A stretch of 64,000 nt of DNA from Phoronis australis. Its lineage: Eukaryota; Animalia; Phoronida. The notes under the pieces are model-generated. The model saw only the letters and a list, made by a program, of their open reading frames with translations, did no database searches and was not told the origin of the DNA. Position 1 is the first letter of the stretch; each line of letters begins with the position of its first letter. Below, one piece after another: positions 63,301 to 64,000 of the stretch. The stretch lies in NCBI GenBank assembly GCA_002633005.1, contig NMRA01000465.1:160472-224471 (forward strand), read 5' to 3'. A program made the position numbers and the translations under genes.

Positions 63301-64000
63301 TAGTTCCCAGCAGTGCAGTTGGAGCATACCATGGCTAAAGGGGAGAGACAGGACATAGAGTATTACATAGTATTACACAATATTAATACAGCATTACACA
63401 ATATTACACAATATTACTACAGCTTCACGCAATATCACAAAAAGATTAATGTTACCAGTAATGTCTAATTAGGAATCATTGATGGTCTTACCACTTTTCC
63501 AGCACACTACATGTTTTAAAGTGATTTTATATCTACTCAACCTTTGGTCATACATAGACTGGTCCACTCACCTCCCTCTGCACTGTACTGCCCGGGTGCA
63601 CACAGCTGTGGTACACTAGAGGCCGAGGCACAGCTCATTCCAACTGGACAGGTGACACAGGAGGTCGAGCCCGCCTCAGAGTAAGCACCTGCAGGTGTAG
63701 TATTCACAATGTATTGAACCTGACCTTGACAAATGCAAACATGTAGAAAACAATCTTCACTGAACAACATTGGAGAACTTGCACTTACCATGGCTCCGTT
63801 TCATNCGCTCTCCCATTATGTGTATAGGGATACAAGTGATCCTTGACTCCACCCACTTTTCTTACCTCATGAAGATGGAAGGGCAACAAGTGAACATTAA
63901 CTCCGCCCTCCCACTATTCTTACCTGATGAACAGGCCTGTACGGTAGTTGTGGAAGAACAGAAGGATCCTGCAGGACACTGTGTACATGAGGCATTGCCT
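9..64000 (-). CDS. Giant multi-exon Cys-rich repeat protein (GCC2_GCC3 / Ephrin_rec_like modules), partial at both ends; 94 exons, about 18.97 kb coding, about 6,320 aa in window; probably extracellular
   Basis: 94 exons with GT-AG boundaries join in one frame (72 phase-1, 13 phase-2, 8 phase-0 introns); every exon encodes C-x-x-G-x-[YF]-C or CPxGT[YF] motifs; abundant N-x-[ST] sequons; no start, stop, kinase or TM segment in window. Confidence 0.93.
394..891. mobile_element. Non-autonomous TIR element (hAT-like MITE)
   Basis: Perfect 12-bp TIR CAGGGCTTGGAA (394-405) / TTCCAAGCCCTG (880-891); repeated subterminal GCGGAAA motifs; CpG-rich versus flanks; no clean 8-bp TSD. Confidence 0.7.
1205..1600. 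repeat. Decayed tandem copies (about 60-66 bp) of exon 93 3' end plus donor region
   Basis: Recurring TACTAGAG(CTGAGGG)..GTACAGT units matching 1579-1603. Confidence 0.7.
1317..1428. mobile_element. Short foldback/hairpin MITE-like insertion
   Basis: About 45-bp imperfect inverted arms 1317-1361 and 1384-1428 (GGGTAATAGT...GAGAACCAGTTT); interrupts a tandem repeat unit. Confidence 0.7.
1576..1775 (-). CDS. Exon 93/94
   Basis: 200 nt, phase 2-1; YYCNGSTIEPNPTEGLCPIGNYC. Confidence 0.9.
2225..2285 (-). mobile_element. tRNA-derived SINE fragment (B-box / T-arm)
   Basis: Minus strand GGTCCTGGGTTCGAGTCCCGGTCGGG = T-arm with B-box; no intact 5' half or acceptor stem. Confidence 0.5.
2307..2538 (-). 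CDS. Exon 92/94
   Basis: 232 nt, phase 1-2; GYFCDNSLYAVSDLSNQTCPSG. Confidence 0.9.
2610..2755. repeat. Intronic minisatellite, about 33-37 bp x 4
   Basis: ATTATGCTGTAAACAGTTCATAGAGCCAAGAGG repeated with decay. Confidence 0.75.
2935..3439 (-). CDS. Exon 91/94
   Basis: 505 nt, phase 0-1; DSTGGECQPRFFC...CKECIEG. Confidence 0.9.
3803..3936 (-). CDS. Exon 90/94
   Basis: 134 nt, phase 1-0; GQQNPSACLLCPPGMYC. Confidence 0.9.
4334..4486 (-). CDS. Exon 89/94
   Basis: 153 nt, phase 1-1; TCKSCPAGYYCYGNSTDYS. Confidence 0.9.
4575..4665. repeat. Low-complexity ACATAACTT(AT) repeat
   Basis: Several ACATAAC units in tandem. Confidence 0.65.
4837..5058 (-). CDS. Exon 88/94
   Basis: 222 nt, phase 1-1; GTHLTTPTALCDNGYYC. 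Confidence 0.9.
5365..5559 (-). CDS. Exon 87/94
   Basis: 195 nt, phase 1-1; GYYCVPSSVTPG...KYCQG. Confidence 0.9.
5872..6024 (-). CDS. Exon 86/94
   Basis: 153 nt, phase 1-1; GYYCPEGSSIDTAVICPIG (not in ORF track). Confidence 0.9.
6284..6499 (-). CDS. Exon 85/94
   Basis: 216 nt, phase 1-1; GYFCVVGSYRADNEACPIG. Confidence 0.9.
6727..6915 (-). CDS. Exon 84/94
   Basis: 189 nt, phase 1-1; GLNADICPAGSYCPEG. Confidence 0.9.
7167..7304 (-). CDS. Exon 83/94
   Basis: 138 nt, phase 1-1; GLKSKSDCTACVGSMACD. Confidence 0.88.
7491..7668 (-). CDS. Exon 82/94
   Basis: 178 nt, phase 0-1; NVVGQYTCKTCVEGFYC. Confidence 0.9.
7867..8039 (-). CDS. Exon 81/94
   Basis: 173 nt, phase 1-0; GEYCDQPGLTVPAGMCSQG. 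Confidence 0.9.
8462..8641 (-). CDS. Exon 80/94
   Basis: 180 nt, phase 1-1; GYYCTLAASEASPTDG. Confidence 0.9.
8938..9116 (-). CDS. Exon 79/94
   Basis: 179 nt, phase 2-1; EGWYCISGSTEPRP. Confidence 0.9.
9478..9694 (-). CDS. Exon 78/94
   Basis: 217 nt, phase 1-2; GYYCLGNSTDYSDKVCPSG. Confidence 0.9.
9978..10100 (-). CDS. Exon 77/94
   Basis: 123 nt, phase 1-1; GFGDLCPRGHYCPTG. Confidence 0.9.
10973..11153 (-). CDS. Exon 76/94
   Basis: 181 nt, phase 0-1; VQQCRDCLAGFYC. Confidence 0.9.
11614..11764 (-). CDS. Exon 75/94
   Basis: 151 nt, phase 2-0; YYCLPENVTSGDP. Confidence 0.9.
12056..12208. mobile_element. Possible decayed foldback MITE
   Basis: Partial inverted similarity CCTG..TCTAATCT..ACTCAAAA versus TTTTGAGT..AGATTAGA..CAGG. 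Confidence 0.3.
12298..12433 (-). CDS. Exon 74/94
   Basis: 136 nt, phase 1-2; GSYIRSQIHCPIG. Confidence 0.88.
12623..12784 (-). CDS. Exon 73/94
   Basis: 162 nt, phase 1-1; GTHTPERCPNGTYSN. Confidence 0.9.
13130..13255 (-). CDS. Exon 72/94
   Basis: 126 nt, phase 1-1; GWYCDSLHQTEPTSQCDPG. Confidence 0.9.
13599..13832 (-). CDS. Exon 71/94
   Basis: 234 nt, phase 1-1; GGYYCTEGTVHPTYPC. Confidence 0.9.
14560..14670 (-). CDS. Exon 70/94
   Basis: 111 nt, phase 1-1; GHYCPSGTNSSTEYRC. Confidence 0.9.
14656..14805. repeat. Tandem duplication (period 83) of exon 70 acceptor
   Basis: CTAGGACAGTAGTGACCTG plus intron flank present twice. Confidence 0.8.
15592..15813 (-). CDS. Exon 69/94
   Basis: 222 nt, phase 1-1; GYYCPTGQTVPNPSGLEC. 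Confidence 0.9.
16100..16320. mobile_element. About 220-bp foldback (hairpin) MITE
   Basis: About 100-bp imperfect inverted arms GACTTACAGAT..GCACAGTTTGC / GCAAACTGTGC..ATCTGTAAGTC with short spacer. Confidence 0.8.
16485..16664 (-). CDS. Exon 68/94
   Basis: 180 nt, phase 1-1; GDKCSAGYHCEQG. Confidence 0.9.
17078..17230 (-). CDS. Exon 67/94
   Basis: 153 nt, phase 1-1; GEYCPQGSSAPIGC. Confidence 0.9.
17439..17600 (-). CDS. Exon 66/94
   Basis: 162 nt, phase 1-1; GQHNSTSCVPCTPG. Confidence 0.9.
18396..18564 (-). CDS. Exon 65/94
   Basis: 169 nt, phase 0-1; DETTKAVCKGCPAG. Confidence 0.9.
19022..19359 (-). CDS. Exon 64/94
   Basis: 338 nt, phase 1-0; GNSSSGFRLCPRG. Confidence 0.9.
19550..19956 (-). 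CDS. Exon 63/94
   Basis: 407 nt, phase 2-1; HYCPLGSNNSQTVQCPVG. Confidence 0.9.
20319..20646 (-). CDS. Exon 62/94
   Basis: 328 nt, phase 1-2; GLREVSECTNCLGG. Confidence 0.9.
20574..20795. repeat. Tandem duplication (period about 117) of exon 62 5' end plus acceptor; third relic near 21175-21225
   Basis: GGGGAGAC.ATTCCTGGC.TTG.GCAGTAGTA...AGACCTGGCAGG...AACTTTAA present twice. Confidence 0.8.
21561..21811 (-). CDS. Exon 61/94
   Basis: 251 nt, phase 2-1; CPIGHYCPSGTDAAIRC. Confidence 0.9.
22242..22524 (-). CDS. Exon 60/94
   Basis: 283 nt, phase 1-2; GYYCVLEANTSMPTDG. Confidence 0.9.
22724..22891 (-). CDS. Exon 59/94
   Basis: 168 nt, phase 1-1; GWYCSGNCTSAKP. Confidence 0.9.
23325..23528 (-). 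CDS. Exon 58/94
   Basis: 204 nt, phase 1-1; GVDTFDSYECPSG. Confidence 0.9.
24366..24518 (-). CDS. Exon 57/94
   Basis: 153 nt, phase 1-1; GGQTGVGGICPVAHYC. Confidence 0.9.
24855..25147 (-). CDS. Exon 56/94
   Basis: 293 nt, phase 2-1; YCVLGELVAQCPEG. Confidence 0.9.
25504..25781 (-). CDS. Exon 55/94
   Basis: 278 nt, phase 0-2; GTFSPSYGLTNSGQCLPC. Confidence 0.9.
25950..27404. mobile_element. Non-autonomous Helentron/HINE-like element spanning the assembly gap
   Basis: AACAAGAG end; subterminal inverted repeat ATGCGCCCACA (25975-25985) / TGTGGGCGCAT (27389-27399); internal repeats with CCAAATTTCATGAA; (GGAC)n microsatellite; terminal hairpin 27370-27399 followed by A run. Confidence 0.7.
26131..27068. 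other. Assembly gap (938 N)
   Basis: Run of N. Confidence 0.99.
27515..27777 (-). CDS. Exon 54/94
   Basis: 263 nt, phase 1-0; GSYCPEGTADPIPC. Confidence 0.9.
28048..28269 (-). CDS. Exon 53/94
   Basis: 222 nt, phase 1-1; GTTRADEYPCLLG. Confidence 0.9.
28618..28872 (-). CDS. Exon 52/94
   Basis: 255 nt, phase 1-1; GNCSAGYYCPSSA. Confidence 0.9.
29075..29377 (-). CDS. Exon 51/94
   Basis: 303 nt, phase 1-1; GSSDQTPCPGGKYC. Confidence 0.9.
29784..30035 (-). CDS. Exon 50/94
   Basis: 252 nt, phase 1-1; GHYCPNGTTHSTQYKCPPG. Confidence 0.9.
30329..30598 (-). CDS. Exon 49/94
   Basis: 270 nt, phase 1-1; GYYCTSGVNQANPG. Confidence 0.9.
30845..31060. repeat. In-frame tandem copies (about 54 bp) of exon 48 3' end
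   Basis: KYCxxLxLTxPSGxC unit repeated about 4 times; donor-like GT at 31004, 30953 and 30896. Confidence 0.85.
31005..31151 (-). CDS. Exon 48/94 (alternative donors possible at 30954 and 30897)
   Basis: 147 nt, phase 1-1; GTGLDWVACPAG. Confidence 0.85.
32728..32872 (-). CDS. Exon 47/94
   Basis: 145 nt, phase 0-1; ECPTAYYANTTG. Confidence 0.9.
32800..32985. repeat. Decayed duplication of exon 47 5' end plus acceptor
   Basis: GGACA.G.TAGACACT.TGTAGC.CCAG.AGTGTT.GCA...GTTG.ACACTC twice, period about 97. Confidence 0.75.
33090..33415. repeat. Decayed tandem array (about 40 bp) containing the exon 46 donor
   Basis: TTCAACCAAT.AGATGGCTGTATTACACACCTTGTATATCT units. Confidence 0.75.
33405..33532 (-). 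CDS. Exon 46/94
   Basis: 128 nt, phase 1-0; GMTAVVDKCWAG. Confidence 0.88.
33951..34133 (-). CDS. Exon 45/94
   Basis: 183 nt, phase 1-1; GYYCTSAADVSTFVQC. Confidence 0.9.
34740..34973 (-). CDS. Exon 44/94
   Basis: 234 nt, phase 1-1; GYYCRTGSNSSTP. Confidence 0.9.
35390..35557 (-). CDS. Exon 43/94
   Basis: 168 nt, phase 1-1; GYYCPQNTKFASEYPCPRG. Confidence 0.9.
35575..35683. repeat. Minisatellite, about 33 bp x 3, next to an acceptor
   Basis: TAGTTACACAGTGCATGCTCTCACACACAATAAC repeated. Confidence 0.75.
35919..36080 (-). CDS. Exon 42/94
   Basis: 162 nt, phase 1-1; GHYCPRGSSEPLRCPSG. Confidence 0.9.
36437..36676 (-). CDS. Exon 41/94
   Basis: 240 nt, phase 1-1; GAMCPLGAYCPQG. Confidence 0.9.
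37042..37326 (-). CDS. Exon 40/94
   Basis: 285 nt, phase 1-1; GGEFCEGVANSIP. Confidence 0.9.
37550..37612. repeat. Relic of the HINE internal repeat
   Basis: CTA..TACCA.ATTTCATGAAAATC.GTT...AAGATACAAAGG matches 27105-27160. Confidence 0.55.
37899..38063 (-). CDS. Exon 39/94
   Basis: 165 nt, phase 1-1; GYYCGEGTVNYSSTPCPTG. Confidence 0.9.
38348..38587 (-). CDS. Exon 38/94
   Basis: 240 nt, phase 1-1; GDCAPGHWCVSSVDR. Confidence 0.9.
39009..39246 (-). CDS. Exon 37/94
   Basis: 238 nt, phase 0-1; VNHTHAEFCYPCPAG. Confidence 0.9.
39679..39908 (-). CDS. Exon 36/94
   Basis: 230 nt, phase 1-0; GTFSNTTGLTNYSEC. Confidence 0.9.
40200..40492. repeat. 73-74 bp tandem repeat x 4 centred on the exon 35 donor
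   Basis: TTAGTGACCCAGTATGACCTATTCCACATTCCTACCTACCTCTAGGACATGGT...GTACCATG; donor copies at 40238, 40312, 40385, 40458. Confidence 0.9.
40459..40614 (-). CDS. Exon 35/94
   Basis: 156 nt, phase 1-1; GYYCQDSNLVAPNGQC. Confidence 0.9.
40903..41081 (-). CDS. Exon 34/94
   Basis: 179 nt, phase 2-1; FYCRRNAKSATPSQANDANTC. Confidence 0.9.
41300..41468 (-). CDS. Exon 33/94
   Basis: 169 nt, phase 1-2; GYYCPAGTQSAYQHPCPTG. Confidence 0.9.
41505..41640. repeat. Degenerate repeat, about 21 bp (TTGTGATGTCA core)
   Basis: Six TGTGA(T/C/G)G(A/T)C units at about 21-23 bp spacing. Confidence 0.6.
42010..42171 (-). CDS. Exon 32/94
   Basis: 162 nt, phase 1-1; GHYCPLGSHEPVRC. Confidence 0.9.
42429..42668 (-). 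CDS. Exon 31/94
   Basis: 240 nt, phase 1-1; GDACPSGQYCVAG. Confidence 0.9.
42930..43210 (-). CDS. Exon 30/94
   Basis: 281 nt, phase 2-1; KYCGTQGLSEPTGDC. Confidence 0.9.
43240..44113 (+). mobile_element. 5'-truncated non-LTR retrotransposon (CR1/L2-like) 3' end, antisense to the host gene
   Basis: One frame reads FKVINN..SNLRS..WNSL..LYRI*SRCGLFLNSDKFRHN..SPNCKC..H.FFIC..LLNG..N, resembling the post-RT C-terminus with a Cys/His motif; AT-rich 3' UTR, AATAAA 44094-44099, A tail 44105-44113. Confidence 0.75.
44461..44722 (-). CDS. Exon 29/94
   Basis: 262 nt, phase 1-2; GYKCATGSAAPEAC. Confidence 0.9.
44992..45167 (-). CDS. Exon 28/94
   Basis: 176 nt, phase 2-1; DSRMLKSLSECKQC. Confidence 0.9.
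45520..45688 (-). CDS. Exon 27/94
   Basis: 169 nt, phase 1-2; GLTAPTGNITAGHFA. Confidence 0.9.
46340..46498 (-). CDS. Exon 26/94
   Basis: 159 nt, phase 1-1; GFYCPASTDAILLVSPTPC. Confidence 0.88.
47065..47295 (-). CDS. Exon 25/94
   Basis: 231 nt, phase 1-1; GNCKAGYYCTGSA. Confidence 0.9.
47714..48060 (-). CDS. Exon 24/94
   Basis: 347 nt, phase 2-1; TSAKSLSDCIPCHPGFYC. Confidence 0.9.
48329..48542 (-). CDS. Exon 23/94
   Basis: 214 nt, phase 1-2; GYYSPNGSVTPTQC. Confidence 0.9.
48539..48786. repeat. 49-bp tandem repeat x 5 centred on the exon 23 acceptor
   Basis: TAACCTGTGATAAGTAACACACTGGTCACAAGTCAGCAAAATATGAACA; acceptor copies after 48542, 48594, 48643, 48692, 48741. Confidence 0.92.
51188..51385 (-). 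CDS. Exon 22/94
   Basis: 198 nt, phase 1-1; GSFEAKPCPLG...QNWTEAG. Confidence 0.9.
51607..51789 (-). CDS. Exon 21/94
   Basis: 183 nt, phase 1-1; GLQAMVDCPLCDPG. Confidence 0.9.
52825..53017 (-). CDS. Exon 20/94
   Basis: 193 nt, phase 0-1 using donor GTTTGT; VPCPEGTYTNVVATK. Confidence 0.82.
53337..53557 (-). CDS. Exon 19/94
   Basis: 221 nt, phase 1-0; ATVEEIPCPVG. Confidence 0.9.
54086..54380. repeat. 78-79 bp tandem repeat, about 4 copies, centred on the exon 18 donor
   Basis: CTTCAGGACAATACTTGGCCA...CACTGACATCCTTCAACTGTCTCAGACACTGTCCACTTAC; donor copies at 54161, 54240, 54318. Confidence 0.92.
54319..54458 (-). CDS. Exon 18/94
   Basis: 140 nt, phase 2-1; HYCDNTTTSEVDMKTNKRCPAG. Confidence 0.88.
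54644..54785 (-). CDS. Exon 17/94
   Basis: 142 nt, phase 1-2; GDPAKRQFSCLTC. Confidence 0.88.
55185..55307 (-). CDS. Exon 16/94
   Basis: 123 nt, phase 1-1; GHYCEHGSSFAEKC. Confidence 0.85.
55663..55812 (-). CDS. Exon 15/94
   Basis: 150 nt, phase 1-1; GGGDTTSGICQRG. Confidence 0.9.
56218..56385 (-). CDS. Exon 14/94
   Basis: 168 nt, phase 1-1; NSTNNGPQPCKPG. Confidence 0.88.
56752..56889 (-). CDS. Exon 13/94
   Basis: 138 nt, phase 1-1; GYYCPNGTVASDQFPCLPG. Confidence 0.9.
57188..57394 (-). CDS. Exon 12/94
   Basis: 207 nt, phase 1-1; GSQCTICPDGHYC. Confidence 0.9.
57968..58165 (-). CDS. Exon 11/94
   Basis: 198 nt, phase 1-1; GGTFNPNKTQSSQSICENC. Confidence 0.9.
58701..58802 (-). CDS. Exon 10/94
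   Basis: 102 nt, phase 1-1; GYYCNNPGLTTYNDTECTKG. Confidence 0.9.
59005..59241 (-). CDS. Exon 9/94
   Basis: 237 nt, phase 1-1; SAKTECSPGTYSEP. Confidence 0.88.
59664..59848 (-). CDS. Exon 8/94
   Basis: 185 nt, phase 2-1; TPCEAGMYAYEG. Confidence 0.9.
60174..60405 (-). CDS. Exon 7/94
   Basis: 232 nt, phase 1-2; GYACPNSKLVYLVKC. Confidence 0.9.
61106..61281 (-). CDS. Exon 6/94
   Basis: 176 nt, phase 2-1; SDVALPCSRGSYS. Confidence 0.9.
61821..61849. repeat. (TC)n/(TCCC)n microsatellite
   Basis: TCTCTCTCTCTCCCTCCCTCCCTCTCTCT. Confidence 0.85.
62052..62223 (-). CDS. Exon 5/94
   Basis: 172 nt, phase 1-2; GHISSAGQTQCTKC. Confidence 0.9.
62620..62766 (-). CDS. Exon 4/94
   Basis: 147 nt, phase 1-1; GHTCVNKAAEPVAC. 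Confidence 0.9.
63119..63334 (-). CDS. Exon 3/94
   Basis: 216 nt, phase 1-1; MVCSNCTAGNYC. Confidence 0.9.
   Translation of the reverse strand, partial: PWYAPTALLGTTVQATRPFRPLVVMATTPARWPLSAYTVQQATCVQTGHPLSSVQAERTLRVDRRPALRVL
63360..63440. repeat. ATTACACAAT 10-mer repeat
   Basis: Tandem TATTACACAA units. Confidence 0.7.
63572..63688 (-). CDS. Exon 2/94
   Basis: 117 nt, phase 1-1; GAYSEAGSTSCVTC. Confidence 0.9.
63924..64000 (-). CDS. Exon 1/94 (truncated by window edge)
   Basis: GNASCTQCPAGSFCSSTTTVQACSSG then donor GTAAGA. Confidence 0.88.

Noticed and set aside
9-64000. Naming the gene EPH receptor, SCUBE, SVEP1, PCSK5, MEGF6 or laminin
   Set aside because: No kinase, CUB, sushi, subtilase or canonical EGF/LE spacing is seen; only the shared Cys module is present.
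9-64000. Dscam-like mutually exclusive exon cluster or tandem gene array
   Set aside because: Exons are non-equivalent in length and phase and join consecutively into one continuous pattern with no internal starts or stops.

Overview
Eukaryotic genomic DNA, most likely an invertebrate animal (AT-rich GT-AG introns, Helentron/HINE, CR1/L2 and tRNA-SINE remnants). The whole window lies inside one giant minus-strand gene, with neither start nor stop codon in view. By hand I reconstructed 94 exons (63924-64000 down to 9-305). All have GT-AG boundaries and all 93 junctions are phase-compatible, giving about 18.97 kb of ORF, about 6,320 aa. The protein consists almost entirely of Cys-rich C-x-x-G-x-Y-C modules (GCC2_GCC3 / Ephrin_rec_like type) with many N-x-S/T sequons. 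The part encoded at about 2.3-42 kb is a roughly 680-690 aa higher-order super-repeat (six measured periods) whose intron positions differ between copies. The most unusual signal is that at least 12 exon-intron junctions are themselves tandemly duplicated into the adjacent intron, creating arrays of extra donor or acceptor sites of different apparent ages. One array (30.8-31.0 kb) stays in frame and offers three phase-compatible donors. Introns also hold hairpin MITEs, a hAT-like MITE, a HINE spanning a 938-nt assembly gap and a 3' LINE fragment. Coordinates were read manually and no database search was run.
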